Part shown: in pieces, positions 25,122 through 40,843 of the stretch | Numbering within the stretch: position 1 is the first letter of the stretch | Layout: each line of letters starts with the position of its first letter | Assembly: GCA_016618085.1 (NCBI GenBank) | Contig: JABLTG010000160.1 | Span: 1 to 43,097 of the forward strand | Direction of reading: 5' to 3' | DNA: 43,097 nucleotides | Source of the DNA: Neovahlkampfia damariscottae | Lineage: Eukaryota | Translations under genes and position numbers: made by a program | Notes under the pieces: model-generated | Databases searched by the model: none | What the model saw: the letters and a program-made list of their open reading frames with translations, nothing else | What the model was told of the DNA's origin: nothing

Positions 25122-25264
25122 TCCATCCAATCAAAATTCAGTTCCGTTAGAATTTCTTTTTGATTTTCAAAAATAATATAAAAAGAATTCAATGAATTGA
25201 ATAAATTACTCATTTTTTTTGTCCAATTATTTTCCTTCTAAACTTGAAACTGAACTTGTTCGAC

Positions 25265-26292
25265 ATGGAAGACAAAGAAGATTATATTCACTTTGCACTT
25301 CAAACTTTTTCAAGTGGATTAACTGTATTTGGGACATCCATTGTTATCCTGCATTTTCTTCGAAATTACTCAAAAAAATTACCACATCAAACTTTAATAC
25401 AATTGAGTATTGAACTAAAAGTATTTTAATAATTCATTTAGTATTTAATTCTGGTCTTTTGGGTGTTTCCAATTTCACCTACCATTTTATTCGAGTTGTA
25501 ATTCAAGGAACTATTTTAGATGAAAATTCACCAACATCAATTTTATTATTTTGTACAAGACTTATTTATTTTTTCAGAATATTGACACAATTTTTTGTTA
25601 TATCATGTTGTTGTTGGACTTTTTGTATTGCCTTAAGTTTATTATTTTCATTCAAAAAAGCACAATCAAGTTTTAGAGATGCCACACTTTTAATCATTTT
25701 TCACATCATTTCAAATGTTTTACCATTTATAGATGCAACATTTTGGGGGATATTTTATCAATTAGAGTTTGATATTCATTTAATATTTTAATACCAAATT
25801 TGTAGTATTTCAAGTAATGGATCAACTGGCAATCTTGATCCAAATTTACAAAATATATTCTTAGTGATATACTATATCGAACATATTTTAATTTTAGCAT
25901 TTGGTTTCATATTCAATTCAATTTTATTAATTATCATTTTAAAACATATCAGAGATTCAAATAGAAAAATTAAAGAATTAACAATGTTAAAGAATAATTC
26001 ATTCAAAGAAGAATCATATGCTGCTTTTACATTGAGTTTATATATCATTCCATTTCTTATTTGTTCTTCATGGCAAATTTTTGGATATTTTATTTTGTCA
26101 TTAATTAATATTTCAGAACAAGATATTTTTTTAGAAATTTTTAAAGTTATTGTTTATCCATATTCATTCTTTTTTCCATTGCAAGGTTTATTAAATTGTT
26201 TGGTGTTTTATTTCAATAAAAGAAAATTTGGAATGTATTTAAAAAAATTATTTTGTTTGGAAATTAATCAAGAAGAAGAAGAAAGAGGGTAA
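25265..26292 (+). CDS. Seven-TM GPCR-like receptor (cAMP-receptor-like family, 3 exons)
   Basis: Multiple TM segments. QFF..S.CCWTFCIA, LSLYIIPFLIC and PLQGLLNCLVF. Confidence 0.8.
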
Positions 26293-26427
26293 TAATGTTT
26301 AGGAAAAATTAATTTTTGATATTGTCTCTAAAGAAGAATCAAAATAATTTTGAAAATAAAATAATAATATTACTGTAGTTGAATCTTCCAATCAAATTCG
26401 TTTTAGTTTTTCGTTTTTTTTTAATTC

Positions 26428-28161
26428 ATGGAAAGGTCGGGTTCAGTGAAAGATAAGATTCAAGCCTACAGTACACTATCAAATGAATCAAAAAACAAAT
26501 ATGGATCACTTTCAAAACAAGAATTTGAAGAATTAAAAAAAAAATTAAAAGAAACAGAGAACCGTTTGGAAGAAGAATTAAAAAAAAATGAAATTTTATC
26601 AAGTGATTTAAATGATATGAAACAAAAGAATTCATCTTTAGAATTTAATTTGAACTTGGAGGAAAAAAAATCGAGTTTTATGAAAATTAGTAAAAAAAAA
26701 CTTGACTGACTAAAAATCATGATATTCAGGTATTAGAGTATTAGAAAAGAAAGTTGAAAGATTTGAAAGAGGAACAAAGAAAAAAGTTTATTCTACAGAA
26801 CAAGAAATTCATATAGCTGATATACAAAGAGCGTTTAGAAGAAAATTACAAACTCAACAATTTATAGATATTGTACCAAGATTTCAAAAATCAGATATAT
26901 CCAAAAAATTAAAAGAAAGAAATCAAATTATTCGTGAATTTGTCAAAACAGAACAAAGTTATGTAAATGGTTTAAGTGAACTAAAAAAATATTATATTGA
27001 TCCTCTTCGACATAATTTAATGGATACTAAAGTTAAAAAAAAGAAAATGACCGAAAATGATATGAATACAATATTTGGAAATGCAGAACATATCTTAACT
27101 GTTCATCAAGTATTTTTAGTTGGTTTAAATTTACGTTTATCTGAATGGCCAATGTGTAATATTGGTAATTGTTTATCCAATCAAGTACCTTTATTTAAAG
27201 AATATATTTCTTATGTTAATTCTTATGATGATGCTGTTGATCGTTTAAGAGAAATTAGAAAAAGTTCAAATGATTTTGAAAAATTATGTCAAGCAATGAA
27301 AAAGAAAACAACTGGGAATTTAGATTTACAATCTTTAATTATTCTACCTGTTCAAAGTAAATTCAAATTAAATGAAATATTAAAAAAAAAAAGGACTTCC
27401 AAGATATATTTTATTATTGAGAGAACTAATAAAGAATACAGATAAATCACATGTTGATTATCAAAATTTAATTAGTGCAAAATTAAAAATTGAACAAGTT
27501 ACAAAAGAAATTAATGAAAAAAAAAGACAACATGAACATGGTCAATTGGTTAAAAGAGTTTCAAAAGATTTAGATATTGTTGATGTTTGAAATTAAATTT
27601 CATTTAACTTTTTAGTTGGATATTGAAAAGAGAACATTTATTCATGAAGATTTAGTAAATTTAACAATTCAAATTGTTGGTCAAAAGAAACCAGAATATG
27701 AAAAAAGACAATTCTTAATATTTCTATTTGAAGATTTATTAATATTCTTTAAAGTAAAAGGATCAGGAAGTGTAATGAATAATTTAAATAATTTGAATAT
27801 TTTTAAAAAATCAAGTTCAACTTCTTCATTAACAAAAAATGAATCTGAATCAAATTTAACACAAAATGTTCCAAATTATAGCAATATAAAATATGTTTAT
27901 GATGATGAACATGAAGTTTTTGTAAAATATTATTCCCATTATAATTTAAAAACTGGAAATTGTATTGTGTTTGAACATGGTACAACTGATACTACTTTAA
28001 AAATGGAAAAAATTGAATTGTCTTGTATGTCAGACAATGGAAAAACTACAATTCAATATATTCTTGAATTCCCTGGAAATGGATTTGATGGTAAATTAGA
28101 TGCATGGTATGCTGAATTAATTCATTATATTGATCAAGCAACAAATAAAATTATTGAATAA
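26428..28161 (+). CDS. RhoGEF (coiled-coil, IQ-like, DH-PH; multi-exon)
   Basis: R..IIREFVKTEQSYV, IFGNAEHI, Y..YVNSY, spliced LIILPVQR.PRY and FLFEDLLI. Confidence 0.9.
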
Positions 28162-28200
28162 GAAGACAAACAAACAAAATTTTGTATTAATTGAATAATT

Positions 28201-29277
28201 TTAAAAATCTGATTTTATTCCTAATTTAATTTCTTTTAATTCTTTTTGAACTTGTTCTCCTGCATCAATATTTTCATATTTTTTTTTTGCTTCTTCAGTT
28301 GCAAATTGTTCAATTGGTCCAATTTTATTATCTGATGCAATATGTGAAAATAATGTTGAAGAGACTCTCCATAAGATTTTATCATCTCCTTGTTCTTTAA
28401 CTTTTTGAATTTTTTCCAATGTTTCTTTTACAACAACAACTTCATGATATCCTGCAAGAATTTCACCTCCTGTAAGATATTCAAATTGTTTTCCAGCTTG
28501 TAATAATAAATGTCCTGTTGGTACTTTGACTAAGAATTTTGCACCATTTCTCAACCAAACATAAAGACCTGGATATCTTGATTTTCCATGAATTGTAATA
28601 AAATTTAAATCATAATGAAATCCTGCCATTATACTTCCTTCAACACCATATTTTTTCATATCTGATCCAGTTGGTGCTAATAAATGAGGTGCATAATTCA
28701 TTAAACTTGTAATTCTATCTTTTTTCCATCCATTACTCAAAGCAAACATTTCACAAACTGTTTTTACAGCTGATAACATTTTTGAACTCCATCCATTCAT
28801 TACATTTTCCCATTGTGGAAATTTTTCTGGAATAACTTGTTTAGCATTTAAACTTTTATATTTAGTTTCTTTTGGAAGTTCTCCAGCTCTCCAAAAGAAT
28901 CTCCATTTATGATCAGCAGCTTTTGGAATATGTGGTTGATTATCTTTGTTCAATTTGTTGATTACTTCAGAATTGTCTCTTGGTTTTTCAGTTCCTTCTG
29001 GAGTTGATCCTACTTGATAAGCATATTCAGGTCTTGAATCTTTTTCTTTTTCTTTGTCACTTTGGTTATAATATTTTTCCATCATGTCAAGAAAATTTTC
29101 ATTTTCTTCTTCAGATACTCTTGTCAATTTTTAAAACAAAAAAAAAAACACTAACCTTGGGTCTTTTACGATAAGAATTCCTGTTTCTTTGAAACTTCTG
29201 AATACTTCTTTACATAAATCTTCACATGAATCACCTTTGAGAAAGTTTGTCAAGTCAACAATTCCAACTTTTTCCAT
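28201..29277 (-). CDS. 2-oxoglutarate/Fe(II) dioxygenase (IPNS-like, 2 exons)
   Basis: HYD...H facial triad (GFHYDLNFITIH, AGYHEV) and RVSSTLF. Confidence 0.9.
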
Positions 29278-29368
29278 TTTGTTTTTTTTTGGTATAACAG
29301 AATTCAACCAATCATTTTATTTGGTTCTGAAATGGAAATTTTATTAAGACACAAATTTGGCAATTTTT

Positions 29369-31072
29369 TCAAACAGATTCGATTTTTTGATAAGATTTCA
29401 TTATCATTTTGATTTTTTCAGAATCTTGAAATCCATATTTGTTTATTTCTTTCAAACAAACATCAACCATTTCTAAATTACCCAACAAAAAGGATCCTTT
29501 CAATAGAGTCGTAAATACTGATTCATTTGGATACATTCCATTTTGTTGAATAATTTCTATTATATTAAATGCTGAATGAATATCTTTTTTTTTCAAATGA
29601 GAAAATATTGAAAGTCTAAAAATAGAATTAGATTGTGTCATTATGAATTACCTATAAATAACTAAATCAGGTGATATATTAAATGATTTCATTTTTTCAA
29701 TTAAATCTATTGATTTTTGATATTGATGAATTGAATTATAATATCTCATCATTAAAGAAAATGATTGTAAATTAATTTGATCTTTTTCTGTTAACATTAA
29801 ATTCCAAAATGTTTCAATCTTTTGAAATCTTTCATTTTTCATATGATTTTGTAAAATTTCATTATAAATTTTTTCGTTTTTTAATAAATTTTGATCTTTT
29901 AAATTTGATATAAAATTTGAAAGTTGATTCATTTTATTTGAGTTCAAGAATTGTTTAACTAAAATTAAAACTAAATTTTGATTTAATTTTAAATTTTCAT
30001 TTTTCATTTCAATTAATAAATTCTTCGTAAAATTAGCATCATTTAAATTAGAGTTCAAAAATGATTTTAAACATCTTGTAAATGAATCTTCCGTCAATTT
30101 AATTTTCTCTTTTTTCATTTTTTTGAATATTCTATTTTTATTCTTTTCAAAATTTCTTTTATTTTTATCCAAATTTGAAATTAAAATTCCAAAATCATTT
30201 TCATTTAATTTTCCATTTTTTGCTGGAAATTTTTTTAAAATATCTAAATACTTCATTGCTAAGTGTATTTTCCCTTCATTTGAAAAATGATATATTAAAT
30301 TTTCAATTGTTCTTTCATTAAATTTTATTTCATTTTTTTTTAAAACCGAAAATAATCTTTTGATTTTCTTCAAATCATTCTTTTTTAAATATTCAAAAAT
30401 TAATAAATTAAAAGGTGGTATTTTCATTCCTTTTCTTAAATTATCTTTTAAAATTTTAATTGATTTCTTTATTCCTCTTCGTTTTTCTTTTTAGAAAAAA
30501 ATTAAAAATTTGAGTTTATTGGGTTTACCTGTTTCTGTTATGTTATTCGTCAAATAGCATTTAATAATAGTTGATAATATGACTTCATTTGGTTCAATAT
30601 TTTTATTTTTCATTTTTTCAAAGATTTGTTCGGCTTTCAAAACTTTCTTCAATTTTGTGCAAACGTTCAAAATTTTTCCAAAAAAATGAATTGAAATTCC
30701 ATCTTTTTCAATCATAAATTCTTCAAAATAATCAATTATTCTTTCAAACTTATGTTGTTTTTCAAAATAATTGATAATTAATTTATCCGTCTCGAAAGTG
30801 GTGGTATTTAAATTTTTGAATAAATTAAAAAACTGATCAAATTTTAATTCATCCTTGGTTGTAATATATTTGATTAATTCAAATTTTATATTGGCATTTT
30901 CAATAGTTTCACTTTTCAAAATTTTTTTTATTTTTTCTTCTTTTTCTTGTTTGATATAATTTAATATTCTCCTGTTTTTCTTTTCATTTTCAAATGTACT
31001 TAAACTGAAGGTACTGAATTTTTTTGGAAAAAGACCTTTGTTTTGATTCAAAAATAATTTTCGAGCCATCAT
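29369..31072 (-). CDS. Pentatricopeptide-repeat protein, probably mitochondrial (3 exons)
   Basis: AEQIFEKMK..NIEPNEVILSTII, ISPDLVIY and GMYPNESVFTTLL. Presequence-like N-terminus. Confidence 0.85.
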
Positions 31073-31122
31073 CCAATCAAATTACTTTTCAATCTTCACA
31101 TTTTTTTTTTAACGGTTCCAAA

Positions 31123-32787
31123 ATGTTTGAAGAAGTTGGTGAAAATAGAAAGACAGTTAGTCTTTCACCTTCACAGGTAATGGAAATACTGACAGAAGAA
31201 GGTCTTTTAGAAGACAAAGAAGAAGAAACACAAAATTGGTTAGGAAAAGAAAAAAAAATAAAATTTTTAGGGCTGAAGTTATTTTAAAACGATTTGACGA
31301 TTTTGACCCAAAGACAAGTAAAGATAATATCAAAATTGAAGAAGATGAAAATTATATATGTTATCCTGCAACAGTAGGAGATAAACCACAAAAATATTTT
31401 CGAAGAATTGAAGACTTAATGAAAATGGTGAAAAAAGAATATGAAATACATGGAATTTCAAAACAATTAATGAGAGATGCCAAATTATGGAGGTCAACTT
31501 TGAGATATACAGGTACACAAGCGAGAAAAGGTTTTTTGAAAAGAATATTTATGGTTTTGAGATATGGAGGGTTTTATTATGCTCATAAAGAAGGTGAATG
31601 GAAAGAATGGAGTGAGTCAGGTTGGCCAATAGCAACTGCTTTGTCTCATGGTTCAAGAATTATGATACAAACACCAAAATCAAAAATAGAAAATCAAAAT
31701 GAAAGAGATCATTCTTTTTGGAAATGGTTAGTAACAGGTTCACCTGATGGTGATTTAAAAAAATTTATATCAACAAGTATAAGTGGAGACGAAGCTGAAA
31801 AAAATGGACAAATAATATTTAAAAGATTAGGTTTGATTTTCATTTTATATTTATTATTAGGTGCCACTCATTCAATTGATTATAAAGATGAAACTCAAGT
31901 TGATCAAATTTCTGATGACACTGTAAAATATATTTATGAAACCAAAACGAACGGTTTGAATTTTAGAGATACAAAAGTACTACAAAGTAGTGATTATGTA
32001 TTACATCACCATAGACATTGGGGTTGTAATATACCAATTGGAGGTCATGGACGATCATCTTTTATTGGTGAAAAAATATCAAGTAATGGTGAACATGGTC
32101 ATTTGTACATATATTATATGTCCGCGTCACCAAAAAGAAATGGAGGAATATTATTAGGATTAGAAGGGAGTGAATATTTAAAATGGGATCAAGTTGGTCA
32201 TAAACATGCAATTATAGCAGATTCATCTTCTCATTCTCCAACTTGGGGTTTTAAGTGGAGAATTTCAAAAAAATCAAAAACAAATAATGAATATTATCAA
32301 GATTTAAGTTCTGATAAAGGTCCAATGAAATATAATGGTATGTTTGTTGATCTGTCAAAAGGTTGGGAATTTTTAAAAGATCTTGAAGATTCATGGGATG
32401 ATGATTTTGTTTGTGAAACTTCAAAAAAAGAAAAAACTGAAAAAATTAAATTTTCTCAAGAAAGATGGAAAAGAATTGATGAAAAAAAATCATTGAAAAA
32501 TACGCAGAGGAGACATGCAACAGGTAAAGAAACCAAAAAAAAGTGAAATTTATTTTTTGAAAGTGATGCCTGCTCTAAATAATCAAAATGATAAATCTGG
32601 TAAAAATAGAAGAATTGGATTTATTCCAAGTGGTATTGCTCCTGAATTTGAAGATGTTTATGATGTTGATTCACCACAGACGGTTGAATCATTTAATGAA
32701 GCAAAATTTGAAAAAGAGACATTTGCACAATCATTACCATCTCTTCCTAGACGAATGAATGAAGAAAAATTGTTAGATTTGGAGTAA
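31123..32787 (+). CDS. Ntox11-like polymorphic-toxin domain protein (multi-exon)
   Basis: SHGSR, RLGATH (after removing intron 31831-31860), HRHWG, GEHGHLY, GLEGS and GHKH motifs. Confidence 0.7.
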
Positions 32788-32834
32788 AATTTATTTATTT
32801 TTTCATCCAATCAAATTCTTTTTTTTTCTTTTCC

Positions 32835-33704
32835 ATGAACACAACCACAAAACCATCAAAATATAAAATAAAAAATAAAAAACATCAAAATCATAGAAAA
32901 AATGCAACTTCAAAACATTTTGTAGCTTCAGGTCAATTGGAAGCAAAAAAAAGAACAGGAAAATTCAAAAAAAAAGAATATGAAACAGATGAAAAATATC
33001 AGAATAGAGAAATTGTGAGTAATCTTGAAAAATATTTGGAAAAAGAAGATGAAGATTCAATCTATGGTATTAATTTTTTTTTTTTAAATTCAAAAGATAA
33101 ACGACAAAGGGATTATGAAAACTTGATGAATTATATTTCAAAAGGAATTCAAAATATATATACACACCATATGAATCCATTGGAGAAATCATGGGAAACT
33201 GATAAAATAACAGAATTACTTGAAAATTATTCTTCTGATATTTTTGCTTTGGACACTGATGACTTGGCTCAAGATTTAAAATTTCTTTCTATCCAAGAAA
33301 GACTCAATATTGATTCAAATATATTAGAGAGTGCAATGAAAGTTAGTTTTGATTCATCTTTATCTGAGACTGGAATCAAAATTCAAACTGAAAAAAAAGA
33401 AGAAAAGAAAGAAAAAAATGCATTATTTGAATCTGTAAATAAAATGAAAAAAGAAAAGGTGATACCAAAAGATAAAACTACAAAAAATGAAATTGATGAA
33501 TTGGATGAACTTTTATCCCTTGGAGGAGATACAAATTTTGAAAAAGAAATAAAACAAGAAATCAAAAAGGAAGAACCAAAGCAATTAATTAATGAAAATC
33601 AAATTACTACTAAAATTGTTGAAGAAGAAAAAGAAACCAAAGATAATCAACCACCAAAAGAAGAAGAAGAGAATTTAGAAGACTGGTTGGATGGTCTATT
33701 ATAA
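32835..33704 (+). CDS. Aven-like protein
   Basis: REIVSNLEKY and terminal LEDWLDGLL. Probable in-frame intron at 33067-33096. Confidence 0.6.
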   Translation: MNTTTKPSKYKIKNKKHQNHRKNATSKHFVASGQLEAKKRTGKFKKKEYETDEKYQNREIVSNLEKYLEKEDEDSIYGINFFFLNSKDKRQRDYENLMNYISKGIQNIYTHHMNPLEKSWETDKITELLENYSSDIFALDTDDLAQDLKFLSIQERLNIDSNILESAMKVSFDSSLSETGIKIQTEKKEEKKEKNALFESVNKMKKEKVIPKDKTTKNEIDELDELLSLGGDTNFEKEIKQEIKKEEPKQLINENQITTKIVEEEKETKDNQPPKEEEENLEDWLDGLL

Positions 33705-33706
33705 AA

Positions 33707-34753
<1,047 letters not shown>

Positions 34754-34808
34754 TCACTTCAAAAATTATTAAACTACAACGATTGGTGGATTTCAAAATC
34801 CAATCAAA

Positions 34809-35114
34809 ATGACACAAGAAAAGTGAGTAATTTTTGAAGTCAACTCTAATACTATTTTTAATAGAAACGCAGAAGTTTTGGAAAAAGTAAAAAAAGAATT
34901 TGATTTTTCTGTAGATTCACTAAATGAAGAAAATGCTTTGAAACCAAGCTTTGAAGAAGTAACAGAAGAAGAAATTTTGGAACAAGATAAAATTGATAAA
35001 ATGATAAAAAAACCAACTTCTGGAAATATGATTTTATTGTCTTGGGTTTCAATTATGTTAGTGGCTGTTGGTGCAATTTATTATGCAAAAAAAATATTCA
35101 CCAAACAAGAATAA
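34809..35114 (+). CDS. Small tail-anchored membrane protein (2 exons)
   Basis: ATG at 34809, short intron, acidic body, then a C-terminal TM segment followed by basic residues. Confidence 0.6.
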
Positions 35115-35427
35115 TTAATAAAAAAAAAATCAATTTTGTTTGTAAAAAAATAGTCAATTTTTAATTTGGTGGAAATTATTTTTTTATAACAAAAAAGGAA
35201 ATATTTCGAAAATTACTATTTTCTTCATTTTTGATACTTGAAGATGTACTTTAAACTCAAACAAATGAAAGTTCAGTGTAGTTGGGTTAAAAAAAATTGT
35301 CAAACGATTGCACCAAAACACCAGACAAAAGAATCTCAAAAATGAGAAAAAAAATATTAAGGATGTATTTACTAAACTAATAGAATCATTGAAGATTGAG
35401 AAATAGTTTGTTTTCTCTTGTTGGAGC

Positions 35428-36540
35428 ATGTCTTATCCAAAAAGAAAACTGACTCAAAATCCAATCTTATTGGATAAGATAAAAAACAAATCAAAATCAA
35501 ACAATAAAAAGAAGTAACTCAGAAGAATAATGATAGGACTACTTTCCGACTGTGAGTCTGGAAGAATAAGAAGACCAACTGTTTTTGAAAAAAAGATGGA
35601 AGCTTTAAATTTAAAAAAACTTTCTGTTCGACTATCCATTGAATTAAAAAAAGATATTGAAGAAATTGAGATTTATGGAATTTTAATTGAAATATGGGAA
35701 ACTATTATACTATACTTAGGAATTGAAGAAGTTTTAAATTTAAGTTCAATTTCAAAAGATATTTTCGTTTTATTTTCATCTGAAAGTATATTTGAAAGTT
35801 TATTGAAAAGAGACTTTAAAATTGTAAATAAATATAAAGAAATTCAAAGTTATAAAGAAACATATAAAAAAAGATTTGAATTAGAAAAAATTATAAAATC
35901 TAATAAAAAATTAAAAGAATATAAAATAATTTTGATTGGAGAAGAAAAGAATTTAATTTTAGAAAAAGAATTTCAAAAATATTTTAATTCAAAAGAAGAA
36001 GATAAATTTGATAATAATTCAATACAACAAAAAAGAATAATTTTGAATGAAAAACCTATTCAAATTGATATATTTAATATTTCTTATTCAAATATTTATT
36101 TTTCTTCAAATATTTTTGATATGATTGTTAGAACTGGAAATGCATTCATTATTTCATTTAATTTAAATAATTTTGATTCATTTAAAAAAGTTAAAATATA
36201 TTTTAATTTAATTAAAAAATCAATTCAAGATTTTGATGAATTTGAAATTCCAATATTAATTATTGGTATAAACTTTTTAAAATTTTACGAAAATGATCAA
36301 AATAATAACCAATCAAATTCAACATTAATTTCAAAAGAAGATATTTTAAAAGAATTTGGAAATTTAAATTATTTTGAATTTACAAATAAAAATAATGATA
36401 TTGAATTAATTTTAAATGAAATTATTTCAATAATTTCAAATTTAAAAAATCCATTTCAAATATTACATGATCTACCTTGGATTGATCAAAATGTACAACA
36501 AGAAGAACAAGAAAGAGAAAGAAAATGTTCAATTCAATAA
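35428..36540 (+). CDS. F-box plus degenerate Ras-like domain protein with CAAX (probably 2 exons)
   Basis: F-box EIWETIILYL...LSSISK...L.KRDF. Ras-like YKIILIG, IQIDI, GNAFIISF and PILIIG. Ends in CSIQ. Confidence 0.75.
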
Positions 36541-36542
36541 AA

Positions 36543-37631
36543 TTAAATTTTTAAATATTTGAATACTTTTAAAACAAAATAATGAACCCATAATAATCCT
36601 ATTGGTGAAAAAAATGAGTCAATATTGTTTAAGGTTTTACCAATAAAACTGATCATCATTTTAAATACAAAAAATAAATTTAAAAAATAAACAAAAACGA
36701 AAACAATAGGTATTGGTAGTAATCCTAATATACTTCTTTTTATAATTTGTACATTAATTTCATCTTCTTTTTCTTCATTTATTAATTCTTCTGTAATAAA
36801 AAAAGCGAAAAGTGCTGATGGACTAAAATATAATCCAATTTGACCAGACTTTGATTAAAATTAAAATATAAAATAATATTTACAATTTGTTGTGATTCAA
36901 TAAATAAAAAATTAAATATTAACATTAAACCAATTAAAAATAATTTTAATTTTTTTTGACCTCTTTTTATATTTCCAAATAAAAATGAATGTAAAATCCA
37001 AGTGAATAAACCACCACATAATCCACAAATAACATCATGAGGAAAATGAACACCAAAATAAATTCTTGATAATCCTACTAATAAACTGAATAAAAAAACG
37101 AAAGTTCGAATTAAATAAATCTTATTTGGCATTTTTTCAATTAAATAATCACCTAATACAAATAAAACAATAACAGAACAAAATGTATGAGCAGATGGAA
37201 ATGAAAATTCTTTTGAACCTGAATAATCACCTGTAATAGTTTTGAATAATTGAAATGGTCTTGGTTCTTTGAAAATTGCTTTAATAAATCCAACAATATA
37301 TAATCCAAATAATGAAACATGTGATATATTTAATCCAAGTGTTTGATATTCTTTTTTACCTGACCAAAATAGAATAGGAATACAAATCATAATAATTTCA
37401 AATCCAAATAAAGAAGCAATTCTCATTATAATATCAAATAGTATATTTCTATATCTTTGTAAAACTAAAATAACATTCATTCCCCTATTTTAAAGTTATT
37501 TTTTTTTTGTTAAACTTTTACCATTCTTGATGAGCAGTAATGTCAGAAGCAAAATATAAAAAAATAACAATGACATTAATAAATGTAATTAAACGTAATA
37601 TATTGAAATTATTCTGTGTAGTTGTTGACAT
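36543..37631 (-). CDS. PAP2-family lipid phosphate phosphatase (multi-exon)
   Basis: K..FKEPRP, SFPSAH and SRIYFGVHFPHD. Confidence 0.92.
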
Positions 37632-37701
37632 GGTATGGTTATAATTGTTTAAAAATTGTTGTGTTCTGATTGGATAAAAAAATACACCCACACAATACAT
37701 T

Positions 37702-38816
37702 TTATTTTGAATGAGTTTTTATTTTACTTGATTTTATATTTTCATACATTTTCTTTTGTTTTTTTGTTCTTTCTTTTTTATTTGATGAGTCTAATAATTT
37801 AGATTTGAATATAAATTTCTTTTGCTTTTCGATTTCATTCAATAATTCAATTTTTTGAATTTTCTGTTTTTTTTCTTCAATTTCTCTTTTATTTTTCTTC
37901 ATATTTGTTGTTGATTTTTTGATTAATTTTGGTTCGCGTGCAGTTTGAAAATTCAATTCAATTTTCTTATCTGGAGAAAGTGAAGAAGAAATATGATATT
38001 TCAATAAATCTAATCCTATTTTATGTTTACCACTAACTGATAATATTAAAGGATATTCTTCCATTTTTATATTTTCTCCTTCTCCTCCTTCTTGTTCATT
38101 TAATTTTATTAATTGAGAAAATATATTTTTATAAATTTCATTCATTTCATTCTTTTCTTTTAATTGATCTATTTTTGTTAATAGAATTGTAAAATTTGAT
38201 TTTGATTTTTTTAAATCTTTAATAAATTCAATATCAGTTTGTAATAATTTATTCCTTCTTGAATCAATTAAAACATAAATCATCATTAAACTAAATATTT
38301 AAATAAAATAAATAATTACTTTGATCTCATTTTTATATATTCAGTGATTAAACTTTCCCATAACTTTTTGGTTGACCTTGATTTTCTAAGAGTTCATTGG
38401 ATTATTAATATTATTTAATTTTACTTTGCAAAACCATATCCTGGTAAATCTACAAGTAAAATTAAATTCTTCAATGAAAAGAAATTCAAAAATTTTGTAT
38501 GACCTGGTTTTTTACTTGTTTTTACTAAATCTTTTGATCCTCCTAAAAGTGAGTTCAATAAAGTTGATTTTCCAACACTATTGAATTTTAAATATTGTTA
38601 ATTTTACTTTGACCTTCCAAAGAATGATACTTCAGACAAACTTGAAATTGGTGGTATTTCTGTAACACTCTCAACACTTTTTATAAATTTTCCTTCGGAA
38701 TTAAAAAGTGAATTACTTGCAAGTCCTTTTGATTTTATTAAATTTAGAATTTTTTTTTGATTTTCATTTAGTAATTCTTCTGCTTTTGAAAATTTTAAAA
38801 AACAGTGTCGAAACAT
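37702..38816 (-). CDS. EngB/YihA (GTPBP8-like) GTPase, probably mitochondrial (multi-exon)
   Basis: GRS.VGKSTLLN, SKKPGHT, VDLPGYGFA, LIDSR and LTKID. Confidence 0.92.
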
Positions 38817-38931
38817 TTGTGTTGCACGAAACGAAAAAATGATTGGTTTTTAGATTACCCAATAAAAATTTGAACAAAAATGATGAAATAAGAGGTGATG
38901 AAGATGTATTTTGAAGATGATATTGAAACAT

Positions 38932-40698
<1,767 letters not shown>

Positions 40699-40843
40699 TC
40701 CAGTAAAATGAGAAAATTTGGCGGCAAAGAGGTTTAATTGGTTGATTCAGACTTCAATTCATTTGTCTATTTTTATTTTTCCATCAAAGAATCTTAAGCA
40801 CAATTATCAAAAAATTAATAAATAAAAGGTTGAAAAAAACCAA

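Noticed and set aside
38878..38931. ATGATGA resembling a C/D snoRNA C box
   Set aside because: There is no CTGA D box or terminal stem downstream.
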